13,837 nt of DNA, from assembly GCA_050248855.1 (NCBI GenBank), contig JBFWRP010000048.1, positions 1-13,837 on the forward strand, read 5' to 3'. The notes under the pieces are model-generated. The model had not been told where the DNA came from. It ran no database searches and was given only the letters and a program-made list of their open reading frames with translations. Both the position numbers and the translations under genes were made by a program. Origin of the DNA: Planctomycetota bacterium (GTDB lineage Bacteria > Planctomycetota > PLA2 > JAEUHO01). Positions 1 to 7,705 of this stretch are shown here, piece after piece; within the stretch, counting starts at the first letter, position 1; every line of letters starts with the position of its first letter.

Positions 1-59
1 TGTGTGGAATGAGAAGGAAGGTTTTACGCTATCGAGCAACCGCCGTACTCCGACTGCGG

Positions 60-88
60 AGCATACGGGTGTGCGCGCGGGCGCGCAA
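60..88 (-). promoter_or_regulatory. Sigma70-like promoter downstream of the protease, pointing toward the expected major capsid gene
   Basis: Minus strand TTGCGC (88-83), 17-bp spacer, TATGCT (65-60) in the intergenic region after the protease stop. Confidence 0.55.
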
Positions 89-109
89 GGCGCCCGGAGC
101 CCGCTGACC

Positions 110-1006
110 CTAGCGGCCCGCCAGTCGCGCCTTTGCGGCCTTGGCGCGGAGCGGCGCAGCAAGCCTCTCGACGGCGGCGTCGAGGGACTCGACCCGGTCC
201 ACGAGTCCGAGCCCCTTCGCCTCTGCGGCGAGCCAGACGCCCCCCGTCCAGATGGCCGAGGACTCCTTCGCGCCGAGCTCGCGGCCGTCGCGCACGCCCG
301 CCCGGAAGAAGGCATCGAAGCCATCCACGAGGCGCTGCGCCTCCGCGAGGTCCTCGTCGGTAACGGGCGTCCCCGGCGCGGCGGCGCCCTTTCGCTCGCC
401 CGTCGAAACGACGTGGACCTGCACGCCCTCCATCTCGGCCATCTTCGAGAGGTCGTAGAGCACCGTGAACGTGCCCAGGCTCCCGACCATGGCCATGGCG
501 TTGGCCGTGACCGTCTTGGCCTGGGAAGCGACCCAGTACGCTGCCGACGCCCCGGCATCCTCGATGTAGGCGTGGACAGGCTTCGCTTCGCCCACCGCGG
601 CGACGTCGTCGGCGAGTTCCTTCGTACCGGCCACATGCCCGCCGGGCGAGTCGATGTGGAGCAGGATCGCGCCCACGCGCTCGTCGGCGGCCATGGCGCG
701 TAGCTGGCGGCGCGCATCCACGGTGCTGTACCCGCCGTACTTCGAGCGGGCCTTCATCGAGGGGCCGTGCAGCGGGAGGATCCCCACGCCCTCCTGGGTC
801 ACGAAGTACGAGAGCGGCGGCGGCAGCATCCCCTCGGCCTGCACGTCCGTCGGCATGGGGACCCCCGGGAGCGCGGGAGCCCCCTGCGCGCGCGGCCGCC
901 AGAGGCCCGATCGGATCGCGGCGAGCGACTCCTGGAGGTACGAGGGCACGATCGCCCACACTCCCAAGTGCGAGCGAAAGCAGTCGGGCGTGTGCTCAGG
1001 CAGCAT
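110..1006 (-). CDS. S49 (SppA-like) prohead maturation protease, 298 aa
   Basis: Motifs LHIDSPGG, ASAAYWVASQA (catalytic Ser), VGSLG, GERKG, GLVDRV; start overlaps the portal stop (ATGCTGCCTGA). Confidence 0.93.
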   Translation of the reverse strand: MLPEHTPDCFRSHLGVWAIVPSYLQESLAAIRSGLWRPRAQGAPALPGVPMPTDVQAEGMLPPPLSYFVTQEGVGILPLHGPSMKARSKYGGYSTVDARRQLRAMAADERVGAILLHIDSPGGHVAGTKELADDVAAVGEAKPVHAYIEDAGASAAYWVASQAKTVTANAMAMVGSLGTFTVLYDLSKMAEMEGVQVHVVSTGERKGAAAPGTPVTDEDLAEAQRLVDGFDAFFRAGVRDGRELGAKESSAIWTGGVWLAAEAKGLGLVDRVESLDAAVERLAAPLRAKAAKARLAGR

Positions 1007-2708
1007 CGGCGGTCTCCAGCGGGGCGGGGACGAGGAGCGCAGCGAGGACGGCGTCGGCGAGTTCCGCGGCGCGCTCGTCCTCGGGGCGCGGGGCGGTGAG
1101 ATCGGGAGCGGCCCAGGCCCCCGCGACGGCGTCGAGGTCCGCAGGCCGCACGCTCGCCGCAGGGTGACGGGCCGCGATCGCGTCGATCGCCAAACCAGCG
1201 GGCTCGAATGCCTCGACGACGCGCTCGCGGAGCTTCGCGTAGAAGCCCCACGCCCACTGGTCGAGCGCCGTCGGGTTCTGCCCGTTGCGCTTCATCGCCG
1301 CGGCGAACTCGTGCGATTCCTTCTTCGCGAGCAGCGTCGCTGTGTGGAGCAGCATGGGACGAAGCGCCGCGGCCTCGGCGCGGATGCCTCGCCACGCGGC
1401 TTCGGCTTCCTCCTCGTCGTCCTCGGGCGGCGGGCGGTTCGGGGGCGGCGCCGGCGTGTCCTTGGGTTTCGCGCCGGCGTCCTCGAGCTTCGTCATCTGC
1501 GCCTGCACGCGGTACTCGTCCGCGGCCGCGTCCTCGATCGGGTTCATGTCCTCCAGGTCGCGGATGTCGTTCTGGGAGAGCCACCCGTCCCGGTAGCCCG
1601 CGGCGTAGTAGGCGATGCGCGTGGAGACGTCGCCGCGGAGCAGGCCCTGGAGCACGAAGCGGACGAACAGCCCCTGGGCGACCTCGTCCTCGGTGAGCAG
1701 CTTCGCGGCGATCTCCTCCTCCCACGTCTGCACCTGGGGCGTGAGGAAGTCCACGACATAGTCGGTGTTCAGCGCGTCGAGCGAGGACCAGCCCTGCGCG
1801 CGCTTGAAGTACTGGACCTTGGCCAGTTGCATGCGGAACCAGCGCGCGACCTCCTCGACCCCGAACTCGCGCTGCTCCAGGAACTGCGCCTCCTCGGGCG
1901 GGATGCCCAGGTCCTTCACGTCCACCTCGACGTCCACGATGGGCATGCGCCGGGAGCCGACGGGGTTCTTCTCGCGGTCGCCCTCGATGCGCTTGCGAAG
2001 CGCCTCGCGCGCGTCGGCATTGAGCGTCTGCTTCGTGAAGGCCACGAGGCGCTTGGCCAGGCCCTCGCCGAAGAAGGCGGCAGCGTGGCGCTGCGCAGCG
2101 AGCCCCAGGCCCAGCGTCTCCGAGGCGAAGCGCACGACCGAGTAGCCCTCGACGCCCGAGCCCATGCCGCGCAGATGGAACATGTCCCGGGGCGCGAAGG
2201 GCTGCTCGCGATTGCCCTCGCCCCGAACGTGGTAGACGAGCGTCCTGCCGTCGGGCTTGAGCTCCGGCCTCACGCGCGAGGAGTGCATAGGCCAGAGCTC
2301 GGCCGGTGCGCCCGTCCCGTCGCGCACGATCTCCGCGTAGGCGTTCCCCCACCCCATGCGGCGGTGCTGCATGACCTGCGCGAAGACGCCCCAGGACATG
2401 ACGGGGTTGGGGCGCTTGAGCAGGCGCGCGAGCGGGTGGGCCGGCACGAGATCGCTCCCGCGCTTCTCGCCACGAGCGCGGCGTAGCTGGCGCGGGAGCT
2501 TCGCCACGTCCTCGGCGCCGTTCCGAAGGCAGGCGTAGTAGATGGACAGACCCATTGCGGACTCGGGCGTGACGTGCTCGCCGCTCGCGGTCTTGCGCCC
2601 GAGCACGAACTCCGTGAGCCAGAGGGCGGGGTTGCGTAGATCCGTGACGCCGCCGTACTCGACGCTCGCCATCGCTCGTCCGCCGACCAGGTCGAGGAGG
2701 AGGCTCAT
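996..2708 (-). CDS. HK97-family phage portal protein, 570 aa, with C-terminal extension
   Basis: Motifs HPLARLLKRPNP, GNAYAEIVRD, DMFHLRG, EAQFLEQREF, LLRGD, NDIRDLEDMNPI; start placed at ATG 2708, an ATGA overlap with the upstream stop. Confidence 0.95.
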   Translation of the reverse strand: MSLLLDLVGGRAMASVEYGGVTDLRNPALWLTEFVLGRKTASGEHVTPESAMGLSIYYACLRNGAEDVAKLPRQLRRARGEKRGSDLVPAHPLARLLKRPNPVMSWGVFAQVMQHRRMGWGNAYAEIVRDGTGAPAELWPMHSSRVRPELKPDGRTLVYHVRGEGNREQPFAPRDMFHLRGMGSGVEGYSVVRFASETLGLGLAAQRHAAAFFGEGLAKRLVAFTKQTLNADAREALRKRIEGDREKNPVGSRRMPIVDVEVDVKDLGIPPEEAQFLEQREFGVEEVARWFRMQLAKVQYFKRAQGWSSLDALNTDYVVDFLTPQVQTWEEEIAAKLLTEDEVAQGLFVRFVLQGLLRGDVSTRIAYYAAGYRDGWLSQNDIRDLEDMNPIEDAAADEYRVQAQMTKLEDAGAKPKDTPAPPPNRPPPEDDEEEAEAAWRGIRAEAAALRPMLLHTATLLAKKESHEFAAAMKRNGQNPTALDQWAWGFYAKLRERVVEAFEPAGLAIDAIAARHPAASVRPADLDAVAGAWAAPDLTAPRPEDERAAELADAVLAALLVPAPLETADAA

Positions 2709-2860
2709 CGCACACCCCTGAGCCGCCGGCCGACGTAGAGATCGACCCAGATGCACGCGCCGAGCACGACCCACCCAGCCGGCGCATAGACGAGCGCGGC
2801 CCCGTAGGAGAGGAGGCCCCACGAGCCCAGCAGCAGCAGGAGGCCGAGGAGCCGCGTCAC
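2705..2860 (-). CDS. Small hydrophobic membrane protein, 51 aa, between terL and portal
   Basis: MTRLLGLLLLLGSWGLLSYGAALVYAPAGWVVLGACIWVDLYVGRRLRGVR: two hydrophobic segments and a basic tail; GTGA overlap with terL and ATGA overlap with portal. Confidence 0.75.
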   Translation of the reverse strand: MTRLLGLLLLLGSWGLLSYGAALVYAPAGWVVLGACIWVDLYVGRRLRGVR

Positions 2861-4536
2861 GCGAACACCCCGTCGCCGGAGAGGAGCGCGTCCTCGATGC
2901 TCGGCCCCTGCCCGCCCGAGAGCGCCATGCCCATCCCGAGCGCCATGATCAGTGCGGTGAGCCCATCGATCTTCTCGCGGCTCTTCTTCTTCGAGGGCTT
3001 CCAGTTGTCCGCCGCGTCCTTCTCCCACATGAGGTTGCTGGCCATCCACGAGAGGACGGGGTGCCCGCCGTGCATCAGGTCCCCCGATCGCACGAGGATG
3101 TCGAGGTACTTCGACGGCCCGTTCATCGAGACGAAGCCCTGCCCGAAGAGCACGACATCCAGGCCCGCGTCCTTCAAGTGGTTCACGACCTGCGCGGCGC
3201 CGAAGCGGTCGAAGCCCAGCGAGAGGATCCGGTAGCGCTTGGCGAGCTCGATGGCCTTCTTCTCGACGTGGTCGAAGTCGGTGGCGTTCCCCTCCGTGAG
3301 GTTCATGAACCCGTCGCGCGCCCAGCCGAGGTAGGGCACGCGGTGGCGCTTCTCACGCACGACCGCGCCCTCCTTCGGACACCAGAAGTAGGGCAGCACG
3401 GCGTTGCCCGCGTCGGGGAACACGAGCACGAGGGCCGTGAGGTCCTCGGTGCTCGCGAGGTCCAGCCCCGCGTAGCACTCCTGCCCTTCGAGCTCGGCCG
3501 CGAGTTCGTGGAAGCTCTTCTCGCCCCGGCAAGCGTCCCACTGGCGCATGTCGAAGGCGGCGACGTCGGCGTTCGTGCGGATGTTGAGGTGCAGGCGCAG
3601 GAACGTGTTCAGGTACGCGGGCGACTCCTTCGCGCGGGCGCACTCGCGCTCCAGGTACTCCTGCTTCACGGAGACGCCGAGGTTCGGGTTGGCCTTGCGC
3701 CACACGGCAGGGTCGGTCCAGTCGTCGGTCGGCTGCGCTTCGTAGACCACGGGCAGGAACGACGGGTCCCCGATCGTCCCCTCGCGCACCTTCTTCGCGT
3801 ACTCGTACTTCTCGTTGCAGATCGAGATGCGCTCGTAGTCCGACGTCGTGATGTGGACCGTCAGCGGCTGGCGCCGCGCGCCCGTCGCCGTCTGGAGCAC
3901 GTCCACGAGGTCGCGCGTCGGGTGCGCGTGCAGCTCGTCCACGACCGCGCCGTGAACCGAGAGGCCGTGCTTCGTGTTCGCGTCGGCCGTGAGCGCCCGG
4001 AAGATCGAACCCGTCTCGGGGACCTCGATCGACTTGAAGGCGCGGTAGACGCGCGTGCGCGCGAGCAGGTCCTTGCGGTGCGCGACCATCTGCATGGCGT
4101 GGCGGAAGATCAACGCCGACTGCTGCTGGTCAGCCGCCGCGCTGTAGACCTGGCCGCCGGGCTCCCCATCGCAAAGCAGCAGGTAGAGGCAGATCCCTGC
4201 CGCCCACGAACTCTTCCCGTTCTTGCGGGCCACGAACACGAACGCCTCGCGGTAGCGCCGGTGGCCGGTCGTCGTGTCGATCCAGCCGAACAGGTTCCCG
4301 ACGATCGCCGCCTGCCAGGGCTCCAAGTCGAACGGCTCGCCGGCGCGCTCGCCCTCCACGAACACGAGCATGTCGTGGAAGAAGCCGATGGCGCGGCGTG
4401 CGAGCGCGACCTCGAAGCGGTGCCCCGGGAGCGCCGTCGCCCACGGGTCGTAGCCGGGGATCTCCGTCCGGCAGACCTGCTCGAGCGCGGCGTCGCCCCA
4501 GAGCGCGACCGGGACCGGGGGCTCGGGCGCGCTCAT
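2857..4536 (-). CDS. terL: Terminase large subunit, 559 aa
   Basis: LEPWQ adenine-binding motif, Walker A VARKNGKS, Walker B VVDELHAH, coupling motif ITT, nuclease motifs GLDLAS..DLTA and KIDG; ATGA overlap with terS stop. Confidence 0.96.
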   Translation of the reverse strand: MSAPEPPVPVALWGDAALEQVCRTEIPGYDPWATALPGHRFEVALARRAIGFFHDMLVFVEGERAGEPFDLEPWQAAIVGNLFGWIDTTTGHRRYREAFVFVARKNGKSSWAAGICLYLLLCDGEPGGQVYSAAADQQQSALIFRHAMQMVAHRKDLLARTRVYRAFKSIEVPETGSIFRALTADANTKHGLSVHGAVVDELHAHPTRDLVDVLQTATGARRQPLTVHITTSDYERISICNEKYEYAKKVREGTIGDPSFLPVVYEAQPTDDWTDPAVWRKANPNLGVSVKQEYLERECARAKESPAYLNTFLRLHLNIRTNADVAAFDMRQWDACRGEKSFHELAAELEGQECYAGLDLASTEDLTALVLVFPDAGNAVLPYFWCPKEGAVVREKRHRVPYLGWARDGFMNLTEGNATDFDHVEKKAIELAKRYRILSLGFDRFGAAQVVNHLKDAGLDVVLFGQGFVSMNGPSKYLDILVRSGDLMHGGHPVLSWMASNLMWEKDAADNWKPSKKKSREKIDGLTALIMALGMGMALSGGQGPSIEDALLSGDGVFA

Positions 4537-5021
4537 CCCGTGAACCTCGTGGGCCCGAAGTAGTCGAAGGCGGGATCGGCCACGGCCGGCGGCTCGACGA
4601 CCACCCGCGCGCGCGACGCCGGCGTCATCCCGTAGTGCGCCTCCACGCGCAGCATCGCCTCGTGAACTTTGAGCAGAATCATCACCTGCGGGTAGGGACG
4701 CACGCCCGTCACCTCGCCCTTGGCGTTCTTCACCGGGTGCGCGAAGCCGGTCTGGCGCAAGAACGCCAGCTGCTCGTCCCACACCGTGGAGAGCTCGCAG
4801 TAGCGAGAGAACGCGCGCCCATCGAAGCGGGCGAGCATCCCGGCCGCCTCGAGCTGCGGGACCACCTCGTCCCACACGAGGGCGGCTCTGGCGTCCAGCG
4901 CAGCGGGGCGCGGGGGCGCCTCAGGCTCGGGCCTGGGCTCGCCCGGGCGCGTGGCCGCCCGCCAGCTCCCGCGCAGCGCGAGCTTCTTCGTCGGCGTCGG
5001 AGCGGGTCCGCGCTTGCTCAC
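4533..5021 (-). CDS. terS: Terminase small subunit, P27-like, 162 aa
   Basis: N-terminal RGPAPTPTKKLALRGS, P..L...A..VW, L.RYC, and C-terminal YGMTPASRAR; GTGA overlap with methylase stop; directly upstream of terL. Confidence 0.9.
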   Translation of the reverse strand: MSKRGPAPTPTKKLALRGSWRAATRPGEPRPEPEAPPRPAALDARAALVWDEVVPQLEAAGMLARFDGRAFSRYCELSTVWDEQLAFLRQTGFAHPVKNAKGEVTGVRPYPQVMILLKVHEAMLRVEAHYGMTPASRARVVVEPPAVADPAFDYFGPTRFTG

Positions 5022-6406
5022 GGCTTCCGCTTCCTCGGCGCCTTGCGCGCGGGCGAGGTCGCACCGACCCGCTCGGCCTTCTGCCCCGTCGCGTTCTGCC
5101 AGCGCTCGACGATCACGTCGCTGTACGCCGGGTCGAGTTCCATGAGGAACGCACGCCGCCCGAGCTGCTCGCAGGCCATGAGCGTGGAGCCCGATCCGCC
5201 GAAGAGGTCGAGCACGTTCTCGCCCTGCTTCGAGGAGTACTGCAGCGCACGCGCGGCGAGCTCGACGGGCTTCTCGGTGAGATGCACCATCTTCTGCGGC
5301 GAGATCTTCTTCAGGCTCCACAGGTCCGGCACGTTCGCGGGCCCGTAGAACTGGTGCGCGGCGCCTTCCTTCCAACCGTAGAAGGCCCACTCGTGCGCGC
5401 CCATGAAGTCCTTGCGCGTGAGCACCGGGTGCTGCTTGTCCCAGATGATGGTCTGCGAGAAGTAGAGGCCCGCCTCCTTGAGCGCGGGCGGGTAGTTGGC
5501 CACGTTGGCATACCCACCCCAGATGTAGAACCCGCGCCCGGGCAGCAACACGCGCGAGGCGTTGCCGAACCACGCGCGCAGCATCTGCTCGAAGGCTTCG
5601 TCGCTCACGAAGTCGTTGGCGAGCGGCCGGTCCTTCGCACGCATCTTGCGGTGCGTGGGCTTGGACTTGCCCGGGTGGCGCGCGAGGTCCAGCGCCTGGT
5701 GGTGCTTCTCGCTCTTGGGCTGCTTGCTGAACGACGACAGCCCTGCGGCGATGGCGTTGTTCGAACGCGGCTCGACCTTCACGTTGTAGGGCGGGTCGGT
5801 GTTGAGCAGGTGGATCACGGCGCCGTCGAGCAGCCGGTCGAGGTCCTCCTCGCTCCCCGAGTCGCCGCAGAGGAGGCGGTGGCTGCCGAGGATCCACATG
5901 TCGCCGGGCTTCGTGACCGGGTCGTCGGGCGGCTCGGGGACCTCGTCCTCGACGATGTCGCCGGCCGTCTGCGGGAACAGCTTCTCCAAGTCGCTTCGGA
6001 GGCCGGAGAGCAACAGCGCGTCGCCGAGGTCGGGCAGCGCGCCCACGACCTCCTCGAGCAGGCCGAGCGCGTCCGCCGTCCACTCGCCCGAGATCCGCGG
6101 GGAGTTGAGCGCGAGGTTGAGCGCCTTCTCCTCGGCCTCGGGCACGTCCACGACGATCACGTCCGTGGCCTCCACGCCCCGAGCCTGCAGGACCTTGAGG
6201 CGCTGGTGCCCACCGACGATGTGGCCGGTGCGCGAGTTCACGATGACGGGCTGCACCAGACCGAAGCGCCCGATCGACTCGCCCAGGCCGGCGAGAGCCT
6301 GTTCGGAGATCGTGCGCGGGTTGAAGGGCGCCGGGACGAGGTCCGCGACGGCGCGGCTCTCCAGGCGGACGCGGCCCAGGCCGTTCGGGTCAGGCTTCGC
6401 AACCAT
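5018..6406 (-). CDS. ParB/Srx-like N-terminal domain fused to a beta-class N6A/N4C DNA methyltransferase, 462 aa
   Basis: N-terminal PAPFNPR...QPVIVN...IVGGHQR; HRLLCGDS; motif IV TDPPY precedes motif I VLDLFGGSG (beta order); HLTEKP; RBS GGAGGT at 6416-6411. Confidence 0.92.
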   Translation of the reverse strand: MVAKPDPNGLGRVRLESRAVADLVPAPFNPRTISEQALAGLGESIGRFGLVQPVIVNSRTGHIVGGHQRLKVLQARGVEATDVIVVDVPEAEEKALNLALNSPRISGEWTADALGLLEEVVGALPDLGDALLLSGLRSDLEKLFPQTAGDIVEDEVPEPPDDPVTKPGDMWILGSHRLLCGDSGSEEDLDRLLDGAVIHLLNTDPPYNVKVEPRSNNAIAAGLSSFSKQPKSEKHHQALDLARHPGKSKPTHRKMRAKDRPLANDFVSDEAFEQMLRAWFGNASRVLLPGRGFYIWGGYANVANYPPALKEAGLYFSQTIIWDKQHPVLTRKDFMGAHEWAFYGWKEGAAHQFYGPANVPDLWSLKKISPQKMVHLTEKPVELAARALQYSSKQGENVLDLFGGSGSTLMACEQLGRRAFLMELDPAYSDVIVERWQNATGQKAERVGATSPARKAPRKRKP

Positions 6407-6620
6407 GAGGACCTCCGGAGAGCGCGTGCTCTGAGAGCCACGCCGAGAGCTGAGAGCGCACGACCGCGTGGCCACGCCAGGTGGCGAGGCGGTCGAGCAG
6501 GGGAGCGATCGGTCCCCCGTCCAGGGGATCCCGGCTCCACACAGGCGAGAGCGCCTTCAGGCAAGGGCGCGCCTCCGGGTGGCCGGCCCAGGCGTTCCGC
6601 TCGGGGTCGCGGGCGGTCAC
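6390..6620 (-). CDS. Hypothetical protein, 76 aa (may instead be mainly regulatory DNA)
   Basis: GTGA overlap with the upstream Phd-like gene; fills the gap and overlaps the methylase start by 17 nt; no recognisable motif. Confidence 0.45.
   Translation of the reverse strand: MTARDPERNAWAGHPEARPCLKALSPVWSRDPLDGGPIAPLLDRLATWRGHAVVRSQLSAWLSEHALSGGPHGCEA
6418..6552. repeat. Cluster of GAGAGC direct repeats and palindromes upstream of the methylase
   Basis: GAGAGC at 6418, 6433, 6445, 6452 and 6547; perfect palindrome GCGTGGCCACGC at 6466-6477; near-perfect GGGGAGCGATCGGTCCCC at 6500-6517. Confidence 0.6.
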
Positions 6621-6883
6621 GGCTGCGCCTCCGGGGGAGACGACGGTCGGGAGTGCGGGTGCGGCGTCGCGGGCGGCGACGGAACCGAAACCTCCGGAGC
6701 CCGGTTCGTTGCGGGTCCGTCCGAGGTTTCGTCGCCGCCCAGTACGCCGACCGGCACGAGCGCCGCGACGGGACGGCCGTGGCGCGTCACGACGACCGGC
6801 TCCCCGCCCTCCTCGACGGCCCGGACCACGGCCCGGAGAGTCGCGCGGAGGCGCCGTACGGGGACGGTGCGAGGGGAGATCAC
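6617..6883 (-). CDS. Phd/YefM-family antitoxin-like protein, copy 2, 88 aa
   Basis: VPVRRLRATLRAVVRAVEEGGEPVVVTRHGRPVAALVP matches the Phd/YefM DNA-binding domain pattern; Pro-rich, probably disordered tail; GTGA overlap with copy 1. Confidence 0.8.
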   Translation of the reverse strand: MISPRTVPVRRLRATLRAVVRAVEEGGEPVVVTRHGRPVAALVPVGVLGGDETSDGPATNRAPEVSVPSPPATPHPHSRPSSPPEAQP

Positions 6884-7131
6884 GGCGCCGCCTCCGGCGC
6901 AGGCCCCAGGCCCGGCGCTTCGGGGTCGAGGTCGCGGAGACCGACGGCCACGTCGGCCACGTCCGGGAGCATCCGGCCGAGGAGATCCAGGGCGGCCAGG
7001 GCCCCAGGCGGGACCAGGGCGGCGACGGGCCGCCCGCGGCGCGTCAGGACGATCCGCTCCCCGTCCTCGTCCACGGCGCGGACCAGGGCCATGAGGTCGC
7101 GCTGGGCGGCTTTGAGCGTGGCCCGGGTCAC
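6880..7131 (-). CDS. Phd/YefM-family antitoxin-like protein, copy 1, 83 aa
   Basis: TLKAAQRDLMALVRAVDEDGERIVLTRRGRPVAALVP; RBS GGAGGG upstream of GTG 7131; GTGA overlap with the HNH stop. Confidence 0.82.
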   Translation of the reverse strand: MTRATLKAAQRDLMALVRAVDEDGERIVLTRRGRPVAALVPPGALAALDLLGRMLPDVADVAVGLRDLDPEAPGLGPAPEAAP

Positions 7132-7610
7132 GACTCGCCCTCCGGGCGTACGTACGTCGCAGGGCCATTTCTCGGGCTCTGCGGGCCGTTTTGATCGCAT
7201 CCCGTAACCCGTGAAAATCTACGCAAGCCCCCCCGCGCGCTCGGGACCGCCTCGGCCTGAGAGCCCTTACTCCCCCCTACCCCTCCCTTCAGCCTTACTC
7301 GCTCGGCCGCACTCTTGCGGCCGTGGCAGGCGGTGCAGGTCGGCGCGAGGTTCGACCGCACGAACGCGAGCTCGGGGGCCACGGCCAGGGGGACGACGTG
7401 GTCCACCTGCGTGGCGGGCTCGGTCAGGCCGAGGCGTGCGCACTCCCGGCACACAGGCTCGTCGCGCAGCACCTGGGCACGGACGGCCTGCCAGCGGGCG
7501 GACCCGTGGATGCGCGCCACGGCCGGGTCGCGGCGGGCGAGGTTGTACTCGCGGTCCGCGTGGCGGCGGCTACGGAGGATCCCAGCAAGCGTGCGCGGCT
7601 TCGACGGCAT
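7128..7610 (-). CDS. Packaging-associated HNH endonuclease (HK97 gp74-like), about 160 aa
   Basis: RWQAVRAQVLRDEPVCREC...VDHVVP...NLAPTCTACHGRK, giving CxxC, DH, N and CxxCH; start chosen at MPSKP (ATG 7610), alternative 7625. Confidence 0.9.
   Translation of the reverse strand: MPSKPRTLAGILRSRRHADREYNLARRDPAVARIHGSARWQAVRAQVLRDEPVCRECARLGLTEPATQVDHVVPLAVAPELAFVRSNLAPTCTACHGRKSAAERVRLKGGVGGSKGSQAEAVPSARGGLRRFSRVTGCDQNGPQSPRNGPATYVRPEGES
7200..7290 (-). other. Candidate cos (terminase cleavage) region
   Basis: G-tract segment GGGAGGGGTAGGGGGGAG...GCGCGCGGGGGGG...ATTTTCACG directly after the HNH catalytic domain, the position where cos usually lies in HNH/P27-terS phages; cut site not determinable. 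Confidence 0.45.
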
Positions 7611-7649
7611 GATGCCTCGGGGCACGCCCGCTGGGATGAGCGCACCGAG

Positions 7650-7679
7650 ATCATATCAGGACGCAGGGACGCGCTCCAA
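7650..7679 (-). promoter_or_regulatory. Sigma70-like promoter with extended -10 driving the HNH-packaging operon
   Basis: Minus strand TTGGAG (7679-7674), 18-bp spacer ending TGA, then TATGAT (7655-7650), i.e. TGnTATGAT; about 40 nt upstream of the HNH start. Confidence 0.6.
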
Positions 7680-7705
7680 GCCGGAGTCCGCTGTGCGGCG
7701 CTTGG
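7676..7705 (-). other. Inverted repeat / hairpin immediately after the CxxC ORF stop, overlapping the -35 box
   Basis: CCAAGC...GCTTGG outer arms with inner CCGC-ACA-GCGG stem; no U-tract. Confidence 0.35.

Noticed and set aside
4533..6083. 516-aa ORF suggesting a long TerS or a frameshift fusion with the methylase
   Set aside because: The upstream part is an off-frame shadow of the methylase; TerS begins cleanly at the GTGA overlap at 5021 and no slippery heptamer was seen
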